A stretch of DNA of 64,000 nucleotides from a virus. The stretch covers positions 1 through 64,000 of IMG/VR virus record IMGVR_UViG_3300003322_000968. One strand, given 5' to 3'. The notes under the pieces were generated by a model that saw only the letters and a program-made list of their open reading frames with translations, did not search any database and was not told the origin of the DNA. This document shows, piece by piece, positions 9,170 to 18,728 of this stretch (its first letter is position 1; every line of letters starts with the position of its first letter). The position numbers were made by a program, and so were the translations under genes.

Positions 9170-9847
9170 ATGGATCTCAACGACGCTTACGAATTACTGA
9201 ATTTTTATATAAATAAATCTCAAGGCGGCTGGTTTGCGCCAGAGGAGATTACGCCTATCGTTGACCGGGCTCAACGCACTCTTTATAACACCTATTATAC
9301 AAAGTACTCAACTAGCCAGCGCCTTGATGATGCAATGGCGCCGTTCAAAGTAGACTTCCAGTTTACTACAGGAATTACGCCCGGCGGCTTAATTACAACG
9401 CCAGATAACTACCTGGATCTTCTTTCAATTTATACGGTTGTCACTGGTTCAGATAATATAACCAGAAAACGGCCAGTAGAAATTGTGAATGAAGAAGAAT
9501 TAGTAATCAGGCTGAATAGCCAGGTGGTACCAGTTACAATTGATGACCCAATTGGAATAATTAAGGTAGACTGGAATGTACAATTATATCCTGCGCAACC
9601 AATGGCCGGGGTAATGACATATTTGCGCGAACCTGTGGCGCCATTCTTCGCTTACTCGCTTATGAGCGGAAGGGTAATAGTATATGATCAGTTAAATAGC
9701 GTGCAGCTGGAGTGGTCAGATAAGGATATTCAAGAGATCTTATTTATTGCCCTTAATAGCCTTGGGATTAACCTGTCGGAGGCTGATATATTACAGTGGA
9801 GCGAAATGAAAAATCAGCAGAATTTCAACAGTACAATTAAGCAGTAA
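9170..9847 (+). CDS. Virion tail ring/adaptor protein (crAss-like)
   Basis: MDLNDAYELLNFYINKSQGG...YLREPVAP pattern; first of three similar-sized genes before the muzzle gene. Confidence 0.55.
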   Translation: MDLNDAYELLNFYINKSQGGWFAPEEITPIVDRAQRTLYNTYYTKYSTSQRLDDAMAPFKVDFQFTTGITPGGLITTPDNYLDLLSIYTVVTGSDNITRKRPVEIVNEEELVIRLNSQVVPVTIDDPIGIIKVDWNVQLYPAQPMAGVMTYLREPVAPFFAYSLMSGRVIVYDQLNSVQLEWSDKDIQEILFIALNSLGINLSEADILQWSEMKNQQNFNSTIKQ

Positions 9848-10515
9848 TGGCAACGACTAAATACAGACTTGCTGAACAGGTGGTGCGCATCCTTAATGGT
9901 GGTGAAATTCCTGTTTCAACCAAAGTAAAAATTAATGAGGCAAAACTGGCTGTTGAACAGGTATTGAACAAAATGCTAAAGATGGAATATCTGAATGTTA
10001 ATATTCCATCTGCTGAACTAATTCCTAATGGTGCCAGTGTGGCTACCTATGAAGGAATTGCCGTTACTCAATATAATACAACTCGCAGTAAGTCAACATT
10101 GCCGGCGATGCCATTGAAGTTGCCGCGAGGCATTGGGGTATACCAAATCTTTGATCCGGCTAATATGGATTGCCCATTTATACCCTTAGAGATGGGACAG
10201 CTGGGGCTTTTGAAAACGCAGCCGTTGATAAACGACCTCTTGGGTCAGGTTGGGTATGAATGGTATGGGACCGATATTATTTACACTAAGGACCTAACGC
10301 AGCCTAGCCCTATTACGGTAACCATGCGGCTGGTGGTGCTGGATATAAGCCAGTATAGCGATTACGATATTCTGCCAGTTCCCGCTGATATGGAATGGGA
10401 TGTAATAAATGAAGTAGTGAAGCTGTTTGCCGCCGAGCCGGTTGGCGATAAGCTCGTAGATCCGAACAGCAGCGATCAGGTTAATGTACCGGCACAACAA
10501 CAAATACAACCATGA
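9847..10515 (+). CDS. Virion tail ring/adaptor protein
   Basis: Size and gene order in the structural operon. Confidence 0.5.
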   Translation: MATTKYRLAEQVVRILNGGEIPVSTKVKINEAKLAVEQVLNKMLKMEYLNVNIPSAELIPNGASVATYEGIAVTQYNTTRSKSTLPAMPLKLPRGIGVYQIFDPANMDCPFIPLEMGQLGLLKTQPLINDLLGQVGYEWYGTDIIYTKDLTQPSPITVTMRLVVLDISQYSDYDILPVPADMEWDVINEVVKLFAAEPVGDKLVDPNSSDQVNVPAQQQIQP

Positions 10516-11357
10516 TAGAAAGAGATTATTATCAATACTACCTGTACCGCCATGTGAGATTGGATACTAATCAGGTATTTTATATAGGTCGAGGGAAGGC
10601 GTTTTGCAGGCCCTCCAGGCGCAGATGCGCAGATACTAATTCATACGCTGAAAGATATGCCCGAGCCTTCGATATGCACACCAGAAACAAGGCATGGAAA
10701 AACATAAAAAAACAAAGTGCGATTGAGGTAGAAATTTTATTTGAATCAGATAGTATGGATATTATTAATGAAAAGGAAAAAGAATTCATCGAATTATATG
10801 GAAGGATTTGTAAGGGAACCGGAAGTCTCATAAATATAACTGCTGGTGGAGAGGGTCAGGCCGGCATGAATGAAGCTGCGGTTGAAAAACTCATTGAATC
10901 TCAAAAGAAAATTGGGCTTTATGATAAACTGGCAAAAGAAAGAAGGCTACCGATTTATTTATACGATTTATCTGGAAGATTCTTGAGAAAATTCGAAACA
11001 AAAATTGAATGTGCTGATTTTCTAAATTGCAGCATTCATAGTATTCAAGCCTACATTACTAACAAAAAGGCACTAAATGATTGCTTATTGTCGCGGATGT
11101 TTTCTCCTTTGGGCATGAATGTTAGTGAATTCAATTGCAATCCGCCGAAAAGCAGAAGTATTATTAAATATGATTTGAATTTTAATGTTATTGCAATTTA
11201 TGGAAATCAAAAGGAGGCAATAGCAGCAGAAAAAGGCGCAACACCAGCAATATCAATATGGAGAGGCTGTAATCAAGAAAAGCCAATTAGGAATATCTAT
11301 TGGCGTTATGCTGATGCTGGCCATAAATTGAAAGGAGGTAGCTATGAAGTGGGCTAA
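10512..11357 (+). CDS. GIY-YIG-like homing endonuclease with NUMOD1 repeats
   Basis: YYLYRH...VFYIGRG, EKEKEFIELYGR, LINITAGGEG, two NUMOD1-like C-terminal repeats. Confidence 0.8.
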   Translation: MIERDYYQYYLYRHVRLDTNQVFYIGRGKAFCRPSRRRCADTNSYAERYARAFDMHTRNKAWKNIKKQSAIEVEILFESDSMDIINEKEKEFIELYGRICKGTGSLINITAGGEGQAGMNEAAVEKLIESQKKIGLYDKLAKERRLPIYLYDLSGRFLRKFETKIECADFLNCSIHSIQAYITNKKALNDCLLSRMFSPLGMNVSEFNCNPPKSRSIIKYDLNFNVIAIYGNQKEAIAAEKGATPAISIWRGCNQEKPIRNIYWRYADAGHKLKGGSYEVG

Positions 11358-12090
11358 ATTGGATTCGATAATTCGCAGGAATCTGTTGGCCAAACGTCAA
11401 CCGCTTCACTATTATATAGAGTACTTAGTACACGCTTCTTCGTGCCTACGCGAATTAACCTTCGACAGCCTGCGCATTATCAATACGGTGAAGCTTGAGC
11501 TGAATGATTATTTCGCGGCAGATCTGCCATGTGACTTTGTGGACTGGACTAAGGTAGGGATAATGATGGGGCAATTCGTTCAACCTATAACCCAACGGGA
11601 AAGCATTAATCGCCTGCATAATTATGACAGTCAGGGTCAAATAATAACATACCAGGATCCCGCGACCTTCAATATGGACTTCCCGTTTTGGCCAGGCTAC
11701 TGGATGTTCCAAAATATTGATGATTTGGGGGAGAATTTGGGGCGTCTGTATGGCTTCAATACCGGCCTTGCGCCCGATGGCTTCAAGATTCTGCCAGAAC
11801 GTAATCAGATCCAATTTCAGGAAACTGCCAGAACCACAACTTATATATTAGAGTATATCAGCGATGGTCAAACTTCTGATAATGCCAGCCAGATCGATCA
11901 ATACGCCTGGAGTGCAATTGAAGCCTATATAAATTGGAAACGAACGCCAAATGCAGATAACGATCATTCACCGGAAGCATTTAATTATAAAAACCAGCGC
12001 AGGTTATTGCGGGCAAGGATGAGTGAGATTACATTATATGATATAAGACAGACGCTGTATAGAAATTACAGGGCCAGTGTCAAGGAGTGA
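11344..12090 (+). CDS. Virion tail ring/adaptor protein
   Basis: ADLPCDFVDWTKVG and YILEYISDG patterns of crAss-like ring proteins; gene order. Confidence 0.55.
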   Translation: MKWAKLDSIIRRNLLAKRQPLHYYIEYLVHASSCLRELTFDSLRIINTVKLELNDYFAADLPCDFVDWTKVGIMMGQFVQPITQRESINRLHNYDSQGQIITYQDPATFNMDFPFWPGYWMFQNIDDLGENLGRLYGFNTGLAPDGFKILPERNQIQFQETARTTTYILEYISDGQTSDNASQIDQYAWSAIEAYINWKRTPNADNDHSPEAFNYKNQRRLLRARMSEITLYDIRQTLYRNYRASVKE

Positions 12091-12092
12091 TT

Positions 12093-12170
12093 TAAAAAAA
12101 CAACCTCCGCTGTAGAAACAGCGGAGGGGATAAATGAAGCCACAAAGACTTCACTTATGAAATCGCGTTC
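12093..12170 (-). ncRNA. Candidate ~75-nt antisense small RNA ending in an intrinsic terminator
   Basis: Minus strand: hairpin TGAAGTC/GGCTTCA, then CCTCCGCTGT-TTCT-ACAGCGGAGG + TTGTTTTTTT. Confidence 0.45.
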
Positions 12171-12184
12171 AAATTAATTAAAAA

Positions 12185-15100
12185 ATGTTAACCGAGAAAA
12201 AATATTTCGGCAATGGCAGAGGCAACTTTGATGATGTTGACTTTGTGTTGCAGTCAAATGAATGGGTGAACTTGGAGAACATGCGAGTGGGCTCTACTGA
12301 TAAAGGCGTTATTGGTACAGTAGAGTCTGTTGGCAGCAATGTGTTGCTGTCTTCTATTCAGCCCTCGGTAACATTTGTGCAAATTGGCAGTGTTGAGGAT
12401 CAGGAGCGCAACCAGATTATATATTTTCTAAAAGATCTTTATGGACCTTGGGATAAAATTGCAATGTATGATGTTGCAACCAATACATTTTATACGGTTC
12501 TTTTAGCCAGCCAAGTAAATGGTGGTTTGAATTTTGGTAAAAACAAATTAATTCATTCTGCCCGTATCGTACATGGGCTGTTATACTGGACAGATAATTT
12601 AAACCAACCGCGTAAGATTAATATTGATGCGGCTATTAAAATGAATGATCCGTCTTATGTCACGGACGCAACACCCTACATTAATCCTATAGATTGGCGC
12701 GAAATCACCATTATTAAGCCACCGCCGCCATTAGCGCCGAATATTACAAAAGACACGGATTCCGGCTTCAATAATAATTTCATTGCGAATGAAAGTTTTC
12801 GGTTTGTCTTTCAATATATTTACAACGATAATGAAACTACTGTTGTTGGCACTTATAGCAATGCTTCACGCTTAAATCATGTTACAAGCACCTTCAACAG
12901 AATTATTGTTTCCATGGATCCGCTTGAGCGCATTCCGCAGACCGTTCAAATTATTAATTTAATAGTGCTGATTGGAACGACTGATTTTATTATAAAAACA
13001 TGGGATCGGTCGATAACAAGCGAAGCCACGGAAATAAATAATCAAAATTCAGGGAGCACTCAGTTAACATATAATTTCTATAATAACGCTACGGGTCCGG
13101 TATTGAGCAGCGACTTAGTGCTTAAGCCATTTGACAGCGTCCCAATATATTCTGCTGCATTAGAGGTTGCGCGCAATCGGTTGTTTCTTGGCAATAACGT
13201 CGCTGGTTATGACGCGCCAACTTCCACATCATTGTCTTTTACCTTAAACACGGTTACACTGACTGGGACAAGCGTTAGTATCAACTTGGAGGAGATTTGG
13301 TTAAACGATGCAAATTTTGCCGCCACTCAAAGATATACCGGCTACTATGCTTATTTAACCATGGTTTCTCCAGTAGGGTATTATGCCCTTACTGCAACTG
13401 AACAATACTGCAGCGGATGTTTTTCGTTTCCCCCTTTTCCGCCAGCTCCCTCCTCCTTTACAATAGGAGACTGTACTTATAGGGGCGCCACCACTGCGGA
13501 TGTATTAGCAAGCGTTAATGCTGCGCATTCTGCAAGCATGAATTATATTCAACGATATGATTCAATATATTTCGCAACGCTTACAGGCGTTTCAGTGGCT
13601 ACCTATGATATTTTCAAAACCAGGTCTCAATATAAACTAGGAGTGGTTTTCTATGATTTTGCAATGCGGAAATGTGGCGTAATCACACCACCATTTAATA
13701 CAAGCGTTGCTGACCCAACATTGGTTACAATTCCCGTTAGAACGTTTGCGATGGGCACGGCGATTAACGCAATCAATTGGACGCTGAGCAATACGAATGC
13801 GCTAACAGAAATACCAGACTGGGCATATTATTATACTGTGGTAAGAACGCTTAATTTAAGGACAAGATATTTTATTCAGGCTGTTCAGCCAGCTTCCACC
13901 GCTAAATATGCGACAAAAGATACCGACGGCAACTATGTATTTACAAACAATACTTTCGTTGCAGGCGCGGTTGGAATTGGCCTCGATACAACATCGCTTA
14001 CTCAGGCCGGCTTGGGATATGCATTTACTCAAGGCGACGTTTGTATCTTAATTAAAGAAGACAATACAATATATACACTTGCTGTAATTGATCAAAGCGG
14101 TAAATATATTATCGTCAATACGCCAGAGGGCGGAATAGGCGATCTTACAGGCTTTAAGATAATTTATGAAATCTATACCCCATATCAGGCCAGCAGCCAA
14201 GAGCCTTATTACGAAATGGGCGAAATGTATATGGTTGCAAACCCAGGCACGAGTGCGCGGGCTTATAACTCCACCTCGGGAACCTTGCTACCAGATGCAT
14301 ATGCGCTGACCCGCAACTTTAATAGTATTACGTATTTCGCAGAGACAATGTCGCCTAATGACAGATTTTATAGCCGCTGGGATAATGATGCCGGGAAAAT
14401 AAATTACATTCTAAAACAAGGTCAAGTATCAAAGCCTGACTTTATAATATTCAGTAATGTTTATATACCAGGTACAGCAACAAATGGACTCTCAACATTT
14501 GAAGCTTTAAACGAAAAACCCGTTCCGCTTGAGAATGGGCCAATACAAAAACTACAGTTAACATCCAAGACGCAAGATGAGGGTACGGTAATGCTGGCAA
14601 TCTGTAATAATGAAACCGCATCGATTTATTTAGGCGAAACCAGGATATTAGACAATACAGGCACAACCCAGTTCATTGCCTCTTCGTCAGATGTCATTGG
14701 TACAATTAATAACCTAAAAGGCTCATTCGGCACCATCAACCCTGAAAGCGTTACCGAATTTCGTGGCAATGTATATTGGCTCGATATGCTCAATGGCAAG
14801 TTTATTCAATATTCTCTTAATGGACTATTCCCGATTTCCAATTATAAGATGACGCGTTATTGGAAGTTGTTCTGTGAACAATTCTTAAGCATGACACAGT
14901 CGCAGATAGAAGCTTTGGGCAGCCGGCCTTTTGTTTTTACAACAGTAGATCCGCATCACTGGGAATTATTGGTTACTGTGCCTAAGCTGTTGAATACGCC
15001 GCCGATGGGTTTTCTGCCGGATCCGCCCTACACATCATATGTATATCCATTCGATATTTGGGACGGTCAGGCGAAAACCCTCGTATACAAGATCAATGCC

Positions 15101-15616
15101 GAGCCAAATTTCTGGCAAGGGTCTTACTCTTATACGCAAGAGGGCTATATAACAATCCAGAATATTCTATACTCATTCAAATTTGGGCAGCTTTATAGAC
15201 ACAATGACACCAGTTCGTATTGTAATTTCAATGGCGTTCAATATAAATCAAGGTTGATGTTTATTTGCAATCAGCAGCCTGAGCGCGACAAGGTATATGA
15301 TAACGCAGCTGTTGAGGTTAATATGCGCCCGACGCTTACTTATTTCATGAGCTTATCTCCATATACACAAGTAAGTAATTTGCAGGATTTTGATTGGCAA
15401 CAAAAGGAATCAGCAATGTATAGCCAGATTTACCGCAATGTATTGACGCCAACGGCTACAGGCTTAAAGCCGAATGCCTTAGTTACGGGTGAAAAGATGC
15501 GAACCTATGCATTACGCGTTATGCTGGAGTTTACAGTTAGTTCGTTCCCCGTGGAACTGCGATTTGTGAGTTTAGGATATCAATTAAGTTTAGGTCATTC
15601 AATTCCAATACAATGA
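12185..15616 (+). CDS. Tail muzzle / stabilisation protein (P22 gp10-like, crAss muzzle-like)
   Basis: 1143 aa, beta-rich; LLYWTDNLNQPRKINI and FGTINPESV...VYWLD motifs; follows the ring genes. Confidence 0.7.
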   Translation: MLTEKKYFGNGRGNFDDVDFVLQSNEWVNLENMRVGSTDKGVIGTVESVGSNVLLSSIQPSVTFVQIGSVEDQERNQIIYFLKDLYGPWDKIAMYDVATNTFYTVLLASQVNGGLNFGKNKLIHSARIVHGLLYWTDNLNQPRKINIDAAIKMNDPSYVTDATPYINPIDWREITIIKPPPPLAPNITKDTDSGFNNNFIANESFRFVFQYIYNDNETTVVGTYSNASRLNHVTSTFNRIIVSMDPLERIPQTVQIINLIVLIGTTDFIIKTWDRSITSEATEINNQNSGSTQLTYNFYNNATGPVLSSDLVLKPFDSVPIYSAALEVARNRLFLGNNVAGYDAPTSTSLSFTLNTVTLTGTSVSINLEEIWLNDANFAATQRYTGYYAYLTMVSPVGYYALTATEQYCSGCFSFPPFPPAPSSFTIGDCTYRGATTADVLASVNAAHSASMNYIQRYDSIYFATLTGVSVATYDIFKTRSQYKLGVVFYDFAMRKCGVITPPFNTSVADPTLVTIPVRTFAMGTAINAINWTLSNTNALTEIPDWAYYYTVVRTLNLRTRYFIQAVQPASTAKYATKDTDGNYVFTNNTFVAGAVGIGLDTTSLTQAGLGYAFTQGDVCILIKEDNTIYTLAVIDQSGKYIIVNTPEGGIGDLTGFKIIYEIYTPYQASSQEPYYEMGEMYMVANPGTSARAYNSTSGTLLPDAYALTRNFNSITYFAETMSPNDRFYSRWDNDAGKINYILKQGQVSKPDFIIFSNVYIPGTATNGLSTFEALNEKPVPLENGPIQKLQLTSKTQDEGTVMLAICNNETASIYLGETRILDNTGTTQFIASSSDVIGTINNLKGSFGTINPESVTEFRGNVYWLDMLNGKFIQYSLNGLFPISNYKMTRYWKLFCEQFLSMTQSQIEALGSRPFVFTTVDPHHWELLVTVPKLLNTPPMGFLPDPPYTSYVYPFDIWDGQAKTLVYKINAEPNFWQGSYSYTQEGYITIQNILYSFKFGQLYRHNDTSSYCNFNGVQYKSRLMFICNQQPERDKVYDNAAVEVNMRPTLTYFMSLSPYTQVSNLQDFDWQQKESAMYSQIYRNVLTPTATGLKPNALVTGEKMRTYALRVMLEFTVSSFPVELRFVSLGYQLSLGHSIPIQ

Positions 15617-16410
15617 TAGCAGGATCACCATTATTTAAAAACCTTGGAATGGCATCCGGGCTTGATGGCCTTGATGAAGCAACAGGTGGCGGTAAGCCAA
15701 AGCCCAAAGCGGCAACACAGGCGCCATTGCCGGCGCCGGGTACAAAAGTGGTATTACCTGGTTTCGAAGATATGCCGTTATATGCACCAGAGGATACGAA
15801 CAAAGTAAAAATCCAAGATACCAGGACAATAAATCCTGCTACTGGCCAACCGTTTGCAAAAGGACGCCAAGGCGCTATGACAACAAGCATTAATCCTAAC
15901 AATGCCAAATTTGTAATTCAACACGCATTAAGTAAGGGGGTTGACCCAAACACTGCCCTGGCGATCGCCTTACAAGAAACGAAAATGGGCAACCTGAATG
16001 AAGATATGGGTACAGCCAATGAATACATGGCTGATCAGGGTATAGATAATCCATATGAGCAAGGCGCTAATGCATTAGTAAAGGCCTTGGCGGATAAATT
16101 AGCTTATGCAAAAAGGCTTGGTTTTGACAAAAAGGGTGAAGCATTCGCTTTGCAGGCATATAATGGATATGGCCGATTGACCCCGCAGAATACAGATCCA
16201 AATGCAACTGAAACTTTCTACGGCATACCGGTAACCCATCAAAGGCCTTTAGACATGAAACAGAATCCGGTTTATGGCAAAACAATTATGTCACTGAGGG
16301 ATGAGGTTATTAAGAAAAATCCTGAGCTACAGGAATTGATTCAAAAAGCAATGCAAGCAAGACAGGCAACACCAATGCAGTCACCTGCATTAGCATATAC
16401 ACCACAATAA
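15613..16410 (+). CDS. Lytic transglycosylase/lysozyme-like virion protein
   Basis: GVDPNTALAIALQET (catalytic Glu) and ALQAYNG motifs. Confidence 0.65.
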   Translation: MIAGSPLFKNLGMASGLDGLDEATGGGKPKPKAATQAPLPAPGTKVVLPGFEDMPLYAPEDTNKVKIQDTRTINPATGQPFAKGRQGAMTTSINPNNAKFVIQHALSKGVDPNTALAIALQETKMGNLNEDMGTANEYMADQGIDNPYEQGANALVKALADKLAYAKRLGFDKKGEAFALQAYNGYGRLTPQNTDPNATETFYGIPVTHQRPLDMKQNPVYGKTIMSLRDEVIKKNPELQELIQKAMQARQATPMQSPALAYTPQ

Positions 16411-16421
16411 AAATATACACT

Positions 16422-17099
16422 ATGGGAATGGATCCAATGTCAGCAGTAGGAATGGGCATAGGGCTTATAGGTGGGATTGGCGGCATATTCGGCAATAAGA
16501 AATCACAGCGGGAGCTGAATAGGTTAATCGGCCAGGATCCGCGCTATACGGCAAATCCCATTGCTGCTCAGCGAATGGGCCTAGCGCAAACTTTATTAAA
16601 TGCGCGGATGCCTGGCGCCGCTGCTGGTGAACGAAATATATATCAGAATCAGGCTAACATGATGGGCAATGTTAACCGTAATGCTACGGATGCGTCGCAA
16701 GCGCTTGCCTTAGCTGCTGCCGGACAGGGCCAGTCGAATCAGGCATTTGGCAACCTTGCCACACAGGAAGCACAGGATTACCAACGCCGTTATGGGAACT
16801 TGGTGCAAGCGCAAGAGGGCCAAATACAAGAAGGTGATAAAGTGTTCCAGGATCAGGTTCGTCGCTTTGGAGACCTTGCCCAGATCAAAGGCATGCAGGC
16901 TCAGAATAGGCAGGCCATGTGGCAGAGCTTAGGCAACCTGGGATTTGGCTTGATGGGGGTAGGTATGGCAAACGGCATGAATGGCGGTGGTGGTGGAAGC
17001 AATCCGCTCAGCAGCATGATGGGAGGTGGCGCTGGAGGTGCGGCTGGAGGAGGTGGTGCAAGTACCATTGTTAATAGCATGATGCCTTTTGTAGTTTAA
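16422..17099 (+). CDS. Internal virion (ejection) protein
   Basis: Gly/Ala/Gln-rich with hydrophobic Gly-rich termini, typical of podovirus ejection proteins. Confidence 0.6.
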   Translation: MGMDPMSAVGMGIGLIGGIGGIFGNKKSQRELNRLIGQDPRYTANPIAAQRMGLAQTLLNARMPGAAAGERNIYQNQANMMGNVNRNATDASQALALAAAGQGQSNQAFGNLATQEAQDYQRRYGNLVQAQEGQIQEGDKVFQDQVRRFGDLAQIKGMQAQNRQAMWQSLGNLGFGLMGVGMANGMNGGGGGSNPLSSMMGGGAGGAAGGGGASTIVNSMMPFVV

Positions 17100-17118
17100 C
17101 TTTTAATTATTTATTACT

Positions 17119-18711
17119 ATGCCACTTGACCTTAGCGGTTTTCGTTCTGAGCCGAACCAGTGGGCTGGTTTATATCACACGGCTGACATGCTGGAGAAAC
17201 GCAAGCTCCGGCAGGAGCAACTTGCGTACATGGGACAGTCGCGCAGGGCTGCCGCTGGCACATTCTTGCAGAATTATTTAGACCCTAAAGATTATTTATC
17301 CGGCACCACTTATGATCCTATGTTACTCCAGGGCTTGCAAACCGCTATGCAAAAGGGCTCCCAGCTGGCAGCTGCCGGCGCTGATGCTCCTACTCTTATG
17401 ATGGCGCTCGGGCCTATGGTGAATAAGATTACGCAGTACTCAACAAATGCAAAGAATATTAATAAACAGGTAGATGATCAAATAAAATTAATGCGCGAAA
17501 GCGGCTTAACGGGTTACGATTATTCAAAACTTAAAGATGAGGCGATGCGTCAGGCCTTTTTCAAAGAAGGCCCGAACGGCCAAACAATGGCGGATCCGGG
17601 CGAGATTGATCCATCGGTAAATTATATACAAAAGGCATTAGAGGCAAATCCGGAAAAGCTAACAACAGCCGCTGGCTTGGATTTGTTTGCAAAGAATTCA
17701 CCAATGACAAAGACGCTTTATGATCGACAGACTTATACTGGGTTTGGTGAGCAGGATAGGTCAAAAGTGCATTTGATAGGCCAGAATTGGCTTGTGCCCG
17801 AAAGAGACAGGTCAGGCAAAATAGTTGATTTGGTACCGGAACATGATATAGCAACCGAGGCCGGACAACCGCTATTTCACAACTTTATTGATGACAAAGG
17901 TCAACAGCAAAGATCGCCAGTACGGCTATTAAGCGAAAGCAGGTTTGATGATATGATGCAGCGGCGCCCTGATATAGCAGATTATTTGAAAGGCGTAGTT
18001 AAGCAGCATCTAAAAGAGTATACAGATCAGGGGGGCAAACCAATATCAATGCAGGATCCCAGAGCGAAATTAGTAGCAAGGGCTATTGCTTACGATGAAT
18101 TGAAGGCGCGAAAAGCTGCCACAATTGAACGAGCTGATATTGTTGATAAACCAAGTCCGCAACAAATATCTTTAAAAATTGGCGGAACAGACCAATATAT
18201 AAATAACATTAAGAAACAAACAGAGGCTAGAACACAGACGCGCTTAAATGTTACAAATCAGCTCAAATCAAATCCCGGAAAAGTATTTGATGAAATCCTA
18301 AGCGGTAATCCGGAATATTTGCAAGGCAATCACGTGCCTATAAATGGTAAAGATGTTATTGAGATAACGCCGGCCATGCCAGGAGGAGGTTTAAAAGCGG
18401 GTCGTGGTCAAAATTTCAAATATGGGAAATTATATTATGATCCCAGCGATCAATCATTCATTGTAGAAAAAAACAGCAAAGACAAATATGGAATTGCTAA
18501 AACCGAACTAGAGACTATTAAGCACGAAGATCTGGATAAATTTAAATTTCAAATAGGCGAAGCGAATGGCATAAAACTTCAAAGTGGCCAAGCGCCTACG
18601 CCGGCCGCCGATCCAGCTGCTGAAGATTTCAATAACCGGCAAAAGAAATGGAGGAATGCAACTAAAAGCAGCGCGAATTCTATATTGAGCCCATTTGGTA
18701 AACAACAATAA
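17119..18711 (+). CDS. Internal virion (ejection/cargo) protein
   Basis: 530 aa, lying between the small and giant cargo genes. Confidence 0.5.
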   Translation: MPLDLSGFRSEPNQWAGLYHTADMLEKRKLRQEQLAYMGQSRRAAAGTFLQNYLDPKDYLSGTTYDPMLLQGLQTAMQKGSQLAAAGADAPTLMMALGPMVNKITQYSTNAKNINKQVDDQIKLMRESGLTGYDYSKLKDEAMRQAFFKEGPNGQTMADPGEIDPSVNYIQKALEANPEKLTTAAGLDLFAKNSPMTKTLYDRQTYTGFGEQDRSKVHLIGQNWLVPERDRSGKIVDLVPEHDIATEAGQPLFHNFIDDKGQQQRSPVRLLSESRFDDMMQRRPDIADYLKGVVKQHLKEYTDQGGKPISMQDPRAKLVARAIAYDELKARKAATIERADIVDKPSPQQISLKIGGTDQYINNIKKQTEARTQTRLNVTNQLKSNPGKVFDEILSGNPEYLQGNHVPINGKDVIEITPAMPGGGLKAGRGQNFKYGKLYYDPSDQSFIVEKNSKDKYGIAKTELETIKHEDLDKFKFQIGEANGIKLQSGQAPTPAADPAAEDFNNRQKKWRNATKSSANSILSPFGKQQ

Positions 18712-18728
18712 TTTTAAATTCTTAATAA

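Noticed and set aside
16983-17058. GGT/GGC repeat tract
   Set aside because: Simply encodes the Gly-rich tail of an ejection protein
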